A DNA stretch of 63,158 nucleotides, counting the filler, from Platydemus manokwari (lineage: Eukaryota): the NCBI GenBank assembly GCA_037951405.1. It is 5 parts of 5 records of this genome, joined end to end, with 100 filler letters (N's around TTAATTAATTAA, not from the genome) between each part and the next. Parts side by side here need not be neighbours in the genome. Positions count along the whole stretch, not along the records: positions 45,561 to 63,158 come from JBBMOY010955528.1; 4 more parts are not named here. The stretch is one strand, 5' to 3'. Shown piece by piece: positions 49,901 through 62,860 of this stretch (within the stretch, counting starts at the first letter, position 1; the number at the start of each line of letters is the position of its first letter). The translations under genes and the position numbers were made by a program. Below the pieces are notes generated by a model, which searched no databases, was not told where the DNA came from, and saw only the letters and a program-made list of their open reading frames with translations.

Positions 49901-50197
49901 GAGCAGGGATTTCTGAATTCTGTGTGTAAAATTCGGTTTTGAAGAAACAAATAATCATTTAAAATAATAATTTCAATAAAATTCTTAAATTACAATTTTA
50001 ACAATTTAATAAGTCTCAAAATAATTTTAAATTTATTAATATAAAGTAATTATTAAATAATTTTAATATTTTTATCTATACCTGATTATAATTGATAGCT
50101 AAAGCTCTCTAGAAAAAGATTTTCAAAAAGAATTTGAATTTATTTAAAAAATTGTTTGATTTGTTTGTATTAAATAAAAGTTAAGAAAAAGGTAATA

Positions 50198-50620
50198 ATG
50201 ACTTCTTTTGTTGAACTCGAAATTTCAAGCAAAGTAGCTACTAACATTGGTCATGCGTGTCATTTTAAAATTTAAAATTTGATGATTAAGATACAATGAA
50301 CTGTCAGAAGCAATTATTTCATTCACAAATCAAATCCTCAAATCGAGAGATTCTGATTATAAAACTACAACATAATGAAATTATAATTCTTCCTTTGTGA
50401 TTATGAAAATCCAAAATCCTGTTTTGATTCTGACATGTGGCCATGTGGCCGATTAATTCTGTTATGATGACTTTTCAGTCAAAAATATATTTATGTATTG
50501 AATGATATTTTAAAAAATTAAGTCTTAAATATTTTATTTATTGTGATCCTAATTGACTTAATGATATGCAGTTGAATAATAGTCTTTTGCGATTGATGAT
50601 GTTACTGTATTAGTCCTCTC
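50198..50620 (+). pseudogene. RING-finger gene relic (possibly two RINGs)
   Basis: LEISSKVATNIGHACHFK, then PLCD/KIQNPVLILTCGHVAD*FC (C3HC4 RING pattern). Confidence 0.55.
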
Positions 50621-51229
50621 TAAAGTTGTCTATTGAATAAATTTTAAAATCTCATAGAAATCATAAAAGAAATCCCGCGTCATGAATCAGAACATAATAA
50701 ACCCTAGGATCATCATGATTGATCACACTCATATAAGCATAATGTTTAATAAAAATTAAATCAATTACTTCATACAAAAATCAATTAAGGGAACACAATT
50801 AGGTCAGATTAATTAAATGATTGTCGACAAGCATACTAACTTTCTTCTTACATATATCGTAGCTAAGTCTCAAAGATACCCAATGTTATTTATTCGGGTT
50901 AAAGTTGAGAAGATGAGTCATAAGATAAATTTTTAATTTATTAAGCGCATTACTAATATAGTTTTTTTAATAATGACAATTAAAATCATTATGAATTTTT
51001 GATTCAATAAAACGAAAATAATTTCAATAATATGAAATCAAAAAATAAATAAAAAAGAAATTAAAATTAAGTAAAAATGAATATTTAAACATAATATCAA
51101 AAAAGCTAAAATTACAATTTTGAAAATAATAAGAACCCCTTTTTTTAACAGTAGATTCAAATAAATAAATACTGTAAAATTTTAAAATTATTTTAAAAGG
51201 ACAAGTAAAAGTAAATTTTTGAAAATGTC

Positions 51230-52578
51230 AAGAGTTTATTATGTCAGCAAAAGAGACCCAGATTTATTCCATCAAAAATCAGAAAGACTTTATCCTCAAC
51301 TTGAGCCTAGGATGGTTGACTAGAATCGTTTCTTGTTTACCTTCTTTGGCGTCGACGTTATGGTTTGTTTATCCATTAGACTCACCATTTCTTTTTGATT
51401 TGCAAGGCTTTGTTAAGTTTCTTTCTTGTCATAAGGTCGACTTCCATCTTTTATTTTCTTAATTCAAATCTTGTGATGAAGTCGAGAATGTCAGAAATAT
51501 TAATTACTGTAGAATGACCGTACAACTTATGAAATACTTTTGTTTTATCACACCTCGATAACAACAGAGAAGATTTTGCATTATTGATTTTTGTGAATCC
51601 TCAGTGATCAAACTGTCCAGAATCAAGGTTGTTGAGCTAATCATTGCGAGGTTTTTCTCTTGAGTTTGTATCCTACTCTTTTTGGTATTTACATTAAGGA
51701 TATCATGGTTCAAGTGATTAGTGGTTGATATATCGAGATCAACTTCATTCAATTCTATAGTTAGAGGATTTGTACTGTTTTACTTTACGAGAATTTTGTA
51801 AAGATAAAACACATTTTATGAATTTTGATTATCTAGTTGGCCAAAAGGGTGTTTTAGGGTTTCTATAAATTTTTCCATAATATCTTCTATTCCATAGTCA
51901 CGAATATTATTTTTTCTTATGCTTTAGTGTGTTGTTACTCTTTAATGCTGGGATATTATTAGAACATTAGTTGGTACCTTTACACCTTTTTCATGTCTCT
52001 TTGTTTCAATATGCTTTCTTTTTCCTTGCTCCAAGAAAATTTTCTAAATTTCTAAATTGTTTTGTTCAAGTCTTAGAGACCCCATGTCAATTTTCTGATG
52101 CCGTGATTTGTGGGAATTAAAAATTGAAAGAATAAGAGGTCTCCGGTTTCCCTTGGAATGCAAATCTTTTTTCTTTCTTTATTCTTGTTGAATCATTAGA
52201 TGATGCCTATATATTATTTTTCTAATTTAGATAGAGATGTGTAACCAAACTTGTGAGATTAGCTTTTGTAGTCTCTCGGCGTGCTTTCCTGCTTATCATG
52301 TCAAAACCTTTGCCATCTAGTGTAAATGTATGTAGTTTCTTTGTTGAATTCAAGTTGCGCGTGTGATTTCATGTATTCAGTATGTTTGGGGTCTTTTTCT
52401 ATTTCTTCTTTCATTCCACAGAATTCACAACATCTTGCTTATGAATACTTCTTGTTGGAATTTCTCTTGAAATTGAATCCTGACTAGACCCGTCATCCTT
52501 GATTGAATAGTCATAAAAGTTATCCGTGTTGTTAGCGGACAAGATTTTTTCTAAAGCATTGATCAAGTACAGAAGCAT
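51230..52578 (-). pseudogene. Endogenous Mononegavirales L N-terminal fragment
   Basis: ATG at 52578, acidic N-terminus, IHKQDVVNSV (cf. HxDYxLNSPL), FHKLYGHSTV at ~51505-51535 (conserved GHP motif, RxWGHPxV), then a KRW segment. Confidence 0.5.
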
Positions 52579-54419
52579 GATTTAGAATTTCTATTTATAA
52601 TTTCAAAGTTATAGACAAATTAATTATCTAAAAATAAAACAAAGTAAATTTCATAGATAAGATCGCACTGAGTGTCTAACTTTCCCAACGCTTATAAGCA
52701 CCGATAGGCATCGTACGGACAGTGGAGACAATAGAGTACATTTATTTAAACTTGTTTTAGCAAACTAAAACCCTCATTAATTCGAATAAAATCCTGATTG
52801 TTTGTATCATTTTGATTATATAATATTTTATTGTGATTTTTTTTATTGATCATTTTATCTGGTTATCTTATTGCAATACAATTATATATTTTATTCATTT
52901 ATTTCTATCTTTATTTTCATTTATAAATAACTTTGATTTATAATTAACACATCACAACCCATATTTTAACAACGACCATACGATTTTGGAATCATATCTA
53001 TAAACCAAATAAAACCCAATACCATTTAAATGATTTCATGTCTTTGTTTTATTCGTCTCTATGACATGACATAGCTTATCTGTCGTTTTTTAATTTTATT
53101 GGTTTTTAGAGCCATTAATGATTTTTTTTTAATTTTTATTATTTTATTCTATTTATTATATTGTTTTATATAGAGAATACGGATATCGTACAAATCTTTT
53201 TTTTTACTTATAGGTTTTGGTTTTAATCATCTTAGATCTTAAAATGAAATTATCAAATCAAATATAGTGAAATAACAATGAAAACGGAAGATGGAATGAT
53301 AACGAAAATCTTATCACTATCAATTTAATATCTTTATAGAAAATAAAAGATTCTAAAAATTGTATAAAAATAACCTGAAAATAATTATTTATGATAGGAA
53401 TAACAATAAGCCACTTAATTTCTGGAAAAAAAATCAAAATTCGAATTCTTAAGAAACACATACATCAACGCTCCCAATAACGTGATAATTATTTTATTTT
53501 TATTATTATTTATAGTGTCATTAACCTGATTATTATTAATACCAATATCATTATCATTATTATCGACAATAATCGTTGTTATGACCATATGAAACTTTTA
53601 AAATGTTCTTCTAATTTTTTATAAGTCATCTATTTAAATTTAATTTAATTTTTTATTTCTGAGTTCAAGGGATTAATTAGGATCACAAAAGTCATTAAAG
53701 TTATCATTAAGGCAGTATAGAGAGAAATAATGGCTTAGTTTAATTGAAGTTCTGGGAATGTTTATTCAAAATTTTCACTTAATTTGGTTTTTAATCAATT
53801 TTCTTCGTTGAGAACTGTAAATCCTTCAATGAATAGAACTTCCAGTGCAGAATAATTTCTACAGTCTTTCACTTTGGTTCATTTTAATTTTAAATTACGT
53901 TGAAATTATATCCATTACAGCGAATTTCAATCAATTAAGCAAGCACATAATAGGAAATATCTGAATGTATTTGTGCAGAATTAATTATTTATTAAAACAT
54001 AAATATTTTAACGAGACAGACAGACACTGATAGAATGTTTCACAGACTCCATAGAGAATTGAACATGATTTTTTGTCTTTTATACTAATACATATGTACA
54101 TACATTTATTTGGCATAATACTCGGGATTTTAATTATTGAGTTCTTTCCTTTATTTCAATTATTTTTATCAGCAAAATATCTTTTAATAAAATATCTATG
54201 GTTTCCATTAATTCATAACATTTTATGAAAAGCATATCTTTAACAATAACAACAATAAAAATAATATAAATATTAAATTTATAAAATTCCAGTAAATTTT
54301 ACTATTATCATTATTTATATAATCTTTATTTTAATCATAATTTTTATTCATTTTTATTTTAGTTTATCTCCTTATGAAACCGAGACATACATTTTGGTTT
54401 TAAAAAGATTTATTAAAAA

Positions 54420-55480
54420 TCAAATATTGAAGATCTTCGCCAAATTGCTTGAATCTTCTTGAATCGGGTCTAGCTTGAGTTAGATGTACAATCAAGGCAA
54501 CATTGCGATTTAAATTGACATTCTGCATTTAGTGCTCCAGGAGTCTCGAATCAATACAATCAACTTCAACCGTTGATTAAGTTTTTTCGAGTAAAAATGA
54601 TTTTCTTTACGCTTGAATCACACAGCAATGTGAACTAAACAAATATGAATGGAAGGAATATAAAAATAACATTTACCAGCTTGAAATAAAACCTGAATAA
54701 GAAAATGAAGCATATTTATGTAAATATGTGTGTGTTATGATATACACGATCATGCTAAAAGGCGTCAAAATGTCCGTTTTTTTCTGGTTAATATCACTAA
54801 TGTAGCTCATTTTAAAATTACGGTTAATGGACAATTCACCGGACTATCGATATTAACACGGTCAATATTTTTCCATAATTTAAATAGGAAAGTGCAATAA
54901 AAATTATATAAAAAACAAGACTTAAAATTTGATAAAAGTTATACCTCACAATTTACAATAGAAATATTTGGAACAATGCATGATAATTTTTAATTAAAAT
55001 CAATTATTTCGTTTTCAAGTGGTCTGAATTTGGCGGATTTAGAAACATTGTAGACAAACATAATTCGTTGATAAAAATTGACGAATTAGAACACATTGTT
55101 CTCCTGTATTTCTAAAAATTCTTATTAAAAATAATCTGTATGACATTAATGTTAGATTAATTTCAATTCAGTCAATAAATCCCACAAGTCTAAATAAAAT
55201 ATTTTTATTACACGATATTTATTTTATTAAATGAGAAAAATTAAAGAATTATTTAGATATATGCAAATTAAGCAAAGTTGTACTCGTAAATATGGATGAA
55301 TAAAATAAGGAAATCAATAATTGTAAGTAGAGGTAATCACTTACTGAACGAAATTATCTACGTGAGTAACTGATTCGAATTTTGTTCAGCTGCAACTGTC
55401 ATGACTTGCACATTAATCGCTTGCTTTAAATAACACAGGTCCACGTACACTGGTATCACACATTATCTAGGGTAATATAA
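54420..55480 (-). pseudogene. TRAF-like pseudogene (RING remnant plus zf-TRAF), possibly with an intron at 54693-55344
   Basis: CDTSVRGPVLF..HVDNFV, then GTAAGT donor, TTTTCTTATTCAG acceptor, then EH/NAECQFKSQCCLDC (zf-TRAF). Confidence 0.45.
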
Positions 55481-56999
55481 TTATCAAAAGCGGGCCAATT
55501 CTTTTTTGCCCATGCTTATGATTGGTAAAAGTTTTGTTGTCATATTAAGTATTGTGCTGATACAATTGATTGTTTTCTAGATTGAATTTTTTTTAAGACG
55601 TCGAGTATTATAGTTTAAAGTTCTAAAAACAGATTATATTGTAAGGTGTTACGGAATTTGAATAGTTGAGTTTTGACATCCACATCCAATTGGTGTGAGT
55701 GTATAATCAGAACAATCGTATTTTTATCGTCAATGAAGGTATGCAACGGTATCATTGCGCTTTTAATACTGCAATTCTTGACCAAGTTTATATAAATGCT
55801 ATAGACAATTTCAAGGTGAAATATATTATTAAAATTAATTATAAGATTTTCGAAAATTTCATAATTTTTTCAAAACTTTGAAAATTCTTAATTTGATTTT
55901 GATGATCACCGGAAAGCAATCTTAAGCATTGCTCGACAATGAGTCAGAATAAAGTCATAAAAGTGGAAAAAAATGAGAAGGCTAATTATAGCCTAACATC
56001 CCATGCCTTTGTCGAATTACCTTTTCGCATAATGTAAAAAACAAATGCAGGCAAGAAAAGCAAATCAGAAGCATTGCCACATTCCAGAAAGTGTACAAAC
56101 AATGACTTTGTCGCTATCAAAGCTGTCTATTCCAAATTGTACACAAAAACTGAGAAAAGAAACTCAAGATAAAATTTTTATAATCGTTATTATGCAGCCA
56201 ACAAGTAGCAGTATTGTTTTCACTAATCAAACTGATTTTCATTGGAAATAATCCTGCATTGGCTATTTTAAAATTATGAATATTAAAATCATTCTCCGCT
56301 ATTTCCGACTTTTTATCTTTTTCTCATAGATAACTTATACTCGATCGTTAGGTGATACTAATGATTGTGTTTTCTGATGTTGTACGTATCTGAATATATT
56401 TAAATCTATTGAATTGATTGAATGATTTAAAATCGATAGTAATGGTGGCAACGTAGGATAGATATAGGCGGTTCACATCGGTAGATTTTTGCATATATAT
56501 TCACTCTTTTTCCAGGGAATTGGAGAAATTTCTTAAGTAGCTCTTTTTATTATTCTAATAATAATTGTAAAAGATCTTTTACTGATGATTTTCATAATAG
56601 TTCAAATTTCGATGATAATTCTGGTATGAAAATTTCATAATAATTGTTATTTGTTTTTATTTCATTGAATATGAAATGAAAATTATTTAAAAAGTTCAGC
56701 GAATGAAGTATGTTTTAACCACAATATTCAAACAAATTGTTATTAGGATGTTTTTAACCATTTACAGTTTTTAAAATGATCGAACTTTACATCTTCACAA
56801 TAAAGAAAATAATTCCAATATTTACTCTAATAATAACAGATTTTATAATTATCATGGATAACAGGAATATTGATTTGGATAAAAATAATTCCCCAAATTG
56901 TAATAATTATAATTTACCACATTTATCAAACTTTATGAATTTTAATTTGACTCACTACTGTGGTAATTTGAACGTCGTGGACAACTCTAATTATTATCG

Positions 57000-58170
57000 A
57001 TATTGTTATTAAAATAGACAAAGCTGTTACAAGGAGCTTCTAGTTCATTATAAATTCTAACTCGAATTCCTCGATAATTATTCAAGCAAACGTCGAAATT
57101 AAAATTTTAATGATGATCAGCTTGTTACCATTTACTACATCAATGTATAAATTCCTAATAACTTATTATTTCTATTTCTTGAATGCTACATATCATGATC
57201 CAGATATAGGCAAAACCACAATTGACTGTAATATCACAATGTTTGACTAACATCATTGATAGCTAAGAAGGTAACGATATCTTGCAATTTAAAACCTTTC
57301 TGCTTGCTTAGTGCTAATGTCAATGTTCATTACTTCACTGCATCTATATCAATGTATAACAACAATCGCATTGAGTAGAAAATATTTTACCATGAGAGTG
57401 ATGAATAAAATGAGTTTATGTTCTTAACCTTACTGCTTACATCATTCTCAGAGTAATGAACCAGTCAATATAATAAATCTCTTTCAAAGAATTCAACCAA
57501 TGTGTACATAAATTTTTATTGGCATTGATATCTCTGCATCTTGCAATATTCTTAGAATTTTTTATATCTCCGTTTTTCTATATAAGTTTATTTTAATTTT
57601 TATAATGAAAGTTTGTAACACATAAATTAAAATGACAGAAAACAATCAAACATTAATAGCAAATTTAATAATATATAACACTCATTATATTGTATGATGA
57701 GTTACAGTGATTTATAATGCAGAGTAAGAGGAAAAAAAGACTTTTTAATCAACACTCTCTAATTCTACATCACGTTTCAATAGAGATGTGCCAACAGAAA
57801 AGAATGAACTATCAGGTTGGCAAATGTCATTGGAGAATAAAAGATATACAGTCAAAATATTTAAGTGGAACTTAGAAATCTTGAACAAATAAAAATAATG
57901 CATTAATCTAAACTCACAAAATAGCATTTTACTATGAGTGGTAGAAATCACCAGTTTGTTATGGTTGGTAACTTAAAATACTCCTGTATATGCCTGGCAT
58001 TTGCTGGAAGACCCAAAGTAAGACCATACCTGTAAAATACTGATCTATATTATATACCGTACCTTGTATTTTATATTATAGAGTTTTTGCTCAAAGATCT
58101 TGAAAGTAAAGGTTCTACTCCTCGAGTTGGAAATAGTTACGGTTCTTTTTCTGGAAGTTGTAAGGCCCTT
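57000..58170 (-). pseudogene. Endogenous rhabdovirus-like L methyltransferase-domain fragment
   Basis: GLPANA../YRSIL (cf. VSV QLPTGAHYKIRSIL), THSKMLFCEF (cf. VHSRGIFNSL), SNDICQP (cf. PSDLCDP), SLLKRDVE (cf. DLIVMDME), all in the correct order. Confidence 0.55.
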
Positions 58171-58294
58171 TATAAGTATAATTTGATGTAAAGTGTAGTT
58201 TTAAAATTCATTGTAATTTTATATTGTTATTGTTAACCAGTTTTTGTATTGATGTTAATTGTTAATAAATATTTGTAATATATATAAAATATAT

Positions 58295-59200
58295 GCGAGG
58301 TGAAGAAACATCAATATAAGGTATTTTACACCTGTGGCCTTAATCAAGAGCTCATAGAGACTAATCAAGACAGTAGTGGTATCAAATAGGATTAAGCGTA
58401 GTTAAACAATAAATCTATAAGGCCAGAAAGGAATAAAAATACCGCACAAAAGAGTTTCATTATTAATTTGCTTTTGTCAACTGATATGAATATTGATAAA
58501 AAATGTACTTTCGAGCTCAAACCTTGATAAGAGCCTTCATCAAATTTAAAAATTTACAAAATTAGTTTATTCAATCTTGCTGATGAATTTGTGATTCACT
58601 GGCTTCCTACGTCCTATTAGGATTCTAAAATACTGGTAGACTGAGAATAGAAATTTAATGATATAAATATAAATTAAGAGTACGTAATCAAAACATCACA
58701 TTGATAATCCAGAATATTTATTTATAGATTAATAGTTCGGAAATATATTCCATTTTGTGACACTTGTATCGGATTTAAATGATAAAATAAGATTGTTTAA
58801 ATCAATTTCGATTGCATATTATACAGAAAATATCAACTCGAAAATTTTAAGATTTCTTAGGACGTTGGATTCAATTGTATTTTACAAATTATGTTAGAAC
58901 CTAAAGGAATTGTTTCATATAATACAAGCAAAAGATTCAATATTAACAACTATTGCAAGGGTCAGGTATTTATTTTGTCAGTAATTTAAATCCACACTGC
59001 ATCTGTGTTAATAAAAATATTCGCAAAGGAAACCTTAATTAGTATGAAACAAACACAGAAATAACAACCTCAATTTACTTACTTCCTTAATCTCTAGCCG
59101 AAAACCTGGTAAAGAGAAACTTAATTTAGAATCCACAAGACTCGCTTGCTACAGTGTAGAAAATTGCTAATGGTTTTATTATAGGACTTTGGATTTAATT
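58295..59200 (+). pseudogene. Endogenous L fragment (motif D onward), opposite strand to its neighbours
   Basis: GL/IKSS/ETNQ (58336, motif D GLxIKxxETxQS), HWLPTS/LG (58600), DNPEYLFID, ILRFLRTLD (58844; cf. LRSFLWSINP). Confidence 0.4.
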
Positions 59201-59299
59201 ACCTTGTTATTCCTTACTCAAAATCAGTGCGTTTCTGCCCACTTCTCAGAAAATTGTTCAGATTCTCTATTTTGGCCATTATTTATATTATACGTCAAT

Positions 59300-60050
59300 T
59301 GATTTATTCTGTTGTCTACCTTTTTATCTTAAAATACACATTTTTAAATATTGTAATTGTATTCCACTCTTATCTCCTTAAATAATCTAGATATTAATTC
59401 TAAGCTGGTGTTTCTCATAATTCTGATTCGCCTTTTCGGCAGGAAGCTTTAGGTTCTTTGTATGATCCTCAATTTGAGATTCAATCATATTCTGTAAACA
59501 CTTATGGATGGACATTTATTTTTTTCATTGTTGTGATGCTGAAATCGATATCAATGCTGTTGCTATGACTATACATTCCCTTAAATTAGTAAAAAATTTA
59601 TTTTTAATATATTTATGTCGATCTTACTTCTGATACTGATGATGAAAATGTTATCGATGCTTTCAATTTTTGGTTAACTCATTTCCTCCATTTCCAATTT
59701 TAAATATATTGGTATTTTCCCGGGAAGATATAAGAAAACTAGTTCCAATGTGTAATCTTGATATTTCCCCCGCTGAGATAATGAGATTAATTTTATTATC
59801 AATATAGGGTTGAGAATCCGTCATCTTGTTCCAGTACTTCCTATAAAAGATGTTGATAATATTCCAATAAATTTTTGAAAGTATTCCAATGAATAATTCG
59901 ACACCAACTTGTCTAACATCACCAGTAGGAACATATTTCCCTTATAAAATTCGGAATGGCTATGACTACTCATGATTTCATAAATGCATTGGACACTATT
60001 CAGCTGAATCTTTTGCTTTGGTGTCTTATGTTCAATACTGTATGAAATAA
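59300..60050 (-). pseudogene. Decayed coding fragment, possibly the L connector domain continuous with 57000-58170
   Basis: About 70-aa open stretch GKYVPTGDVRQVGVELFIGILSKIYW...; same strand and upstream of the MTase relic. Confidence 0.25.
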
Positions 60051-60231
60051 TCTATTAATCAATAAAAAGTTATTTTATTATTTACTTATTCGTGTATGGT
60101 TAGGTATATAGATTTTGAAATTATTTTCATTTCTTCTGAATTTAATATAAAATCTACAAATTTAATAATCATTATATATAATATGATAATAGATAATATA
60201 ATATGATAATATAATATAAAAATTAATTGTT

Positions 60232-60790
60232 ATAAGGCGTTACTATTTTAATAATCACATATTAAAAACGAACTGAAAAGTCACGACACCAAATTATGTA
60301 TTTAAATACAATTATATAAACAAATTAATATAATTTTATTTAAAATTAAATCTTTAAAAAATTAACTCAATCAACAATACTCACATCCACTTTTCTTTCG
60401 AATCTGTCATTTTCTTCTTATTGTCAATTGTTATTGTAGCGATTACCCTTTATATTTATCTACATAAAAATTTCTAATTCTTTCATCTTTTTAAAATTTT
60501 CTCTACATCTTTATATCTTCTTTATATCTTTTTAACATCTTCCTTCTTTTCTATAATTTTCATTCAATAATCTTTTCAAAATCGAATCCAGATGCTTGGT
60601 CGCAATTCAAACCATCAACATTTTACAAAAACACATTAAAAACAAACTTAAAAGTCACGACACCAAATTATATATTAAAATACAATTATATAAATAAATT
60701 AATTTAATTTTGTATAAAATCAATTTTATATAAAATGGAATCTTTAAAAGTTTAATTCAATTAACAATTCTTACAATAGTCATTTGGAAT
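60232..60790 (+). repeat. Repeat family C, ~1.5 tandem units (period ~375 bp)
   Basis: AAAAGTCACGACACCAAATTAT occurs at ~60276 and ~60650 with aligned flanks. Confidence 0.85.
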
Positions 60791-62379
60791 TTTCATAATT
60801 CGAATTATTCCATTATTATAATCATTGTTATTATTCCGACTTATATTGTTATCAAAGGTTTTTTAATAAATATTTTGAAAAAAAAGAAACCCTAAATGTT
60901 AATATATTAATGAAAATAATGAAAATAAAAGAATAAATATCAGAATAATGCTAAAACAAAAATTATTCAAATTAAAGATGTGACATCAGACAAAGGTCTA
61001 ACAAACTAGTTCTTGTATCAATTTATTTCTTATCATTTCAACAAACTCGAAGAAAACAATTAAAATTATGGATCATAAAGTTATTTGTTTAACATTGACA
61101 ACATCAAGAATTTTTTTCTTCAGATCAGAAAATATGGAATAAAATGAATAAATTTTGATGACATCACGTTTATGGCCTTGTGGAACAAAATTTCGAAAAT
61201 TAAATTATATTTGTAAAAACGGTATCAGTGGTGTATTTAATGAATAAAATTTAGTAATGAAGTTGAGAATAATAGGTGAAATGTTTGATTAGTAAATGAA
61301 GTCAACATTTTTGACAACCTGCGGAAATGCTTAGATATAGATGATTTATGGTTTTTATAAGATGAGCGAATTTCACGATATTTATTAATTTTGTTAATTA
61401 GATATTTGTCATAAATATATGAAGGAAAACATGAATTTGGTGGATATTTAAAATTCACGTTTGGGATATATTAAAATATTAAATAAATTAGAAAAAAAAT
61501 AATGAAAAAATAGACCATTTATCATTAAGATCACAATGAATAAAACAAGACAACAGATTAACAAGAAAACCTATATAAATCTAAGTTTGACCAATCATAT
61601 AGGTTGATTATTTGTCGAAAAATGGATATCAAGGATTGGAAAAGTTTGTGAAATCACTGATTCTTTCATAGAGTTTTAAACACAAATCCCAAACAATGAA
61701 TAAAATAATAAAAACACAGGGTTTTTACATTGAAGTTGGAATTATTGAAAAATTATGAATAAGTTTATAATTTTGGCAAGCAATCAATTACAAAGCAATA
61801 TCGATGTCGCTCTAGATCTCCAACTACAACCACCGAGCTATTAGCGAAAATCCTCCGAAGATTAGCAGTTGAGCCGTGATATCGATTAATAATATAAATG
61901 TAATGAGAAAATATATGTAATTTTAATTACAAATAAATATTATTATTATTATTATTTTTCTATTGAAATTTGATATGATGACGTTGACACTCACTATCTA
62001 CGACCTATATCAGCCCATTGGGATCTTTTTGACAACAGGTAGTATTTTGACCTTAATCGATTGTTCTTTCTTAGTTTCGACGTTCAATAACATATATGTA
62101 GAGAAGTAGGTCGGTGTAGATAATAAATTTATGTGGATTTTAATTATATAACTGCGTCTCTTTTGTATCGATAGTTTTATTGTTGTTTTTGTCTGTCTCT
62201 ATTACTCTATCTAAATACTAAAATATACCCAAAAAAGTGATTATTTTAACCAAATAAATATTATAAATCCTATACACGCTTTACAAATTAAGTGATTGAA
62301 CAAAAATATTAAAATAAATGCCTATTAAAAATGAAAAATAAATTACACTGGTTTTAAATAATTCTTTCACACCCCGTGT

Positions 62380-62830
62380 TATTAGTTGATTTTTATTTAT
62401 CGTTTTCGTCTTTTGTTAATCCTTGTTTATTGATTGCCGTAGCATATCTAGCCCATTATATAAAGGCACTCCTCCTTTTACACTGTTCATATAAACTAAT
62501 AGCATCTTCTTGTCCTTCTTCATTTCACTATCAAATTATAATACTGATTTGCATATTGTTAATCCCTCTGAATCTCTTGTGTTTTTACTCTTTGGCTCCT
62601 TGCAACACTCCTGTAATAAATTACTATTTTCAAGTGATTCCGATAAATAATACTGACTGAATAGTGGATAAATACTTAATATTGCGTAATACTTGTTCGT
62701 CGGTTCATGAAATATCAATTAAGGTTTTTAAAGCTGAAATTTTTATGAACAACTCTTGAATTGCCTCCAATTTCGTAGGTATAATAATTTTTAAATATTC
62801 AAGGTTGTTTGTCACTTAGCTGTGATGACT
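62380..62830 (-). pseudogene. Possible rhabdovirus-like nucleoprotein C-terminal relic
   Basis: KYYAILSIYPLFSQYYLSESLENSNL/FITGVLQGAKE..R...EDAISLYEQCKRRSAFI*WARYATAI resembles the layout of the N C-lobe. Confidence 0.25.
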
Positions 62831-62860
62831 TGAATTCAAATTTGAAAATCTTACTTATTA

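Noticed and set aside
61240-61460. CARD/death-fold-like peptide (LVNEVNIFDNLRKCLDIDDL)
   Set aside because: Too short and generic to support a call.
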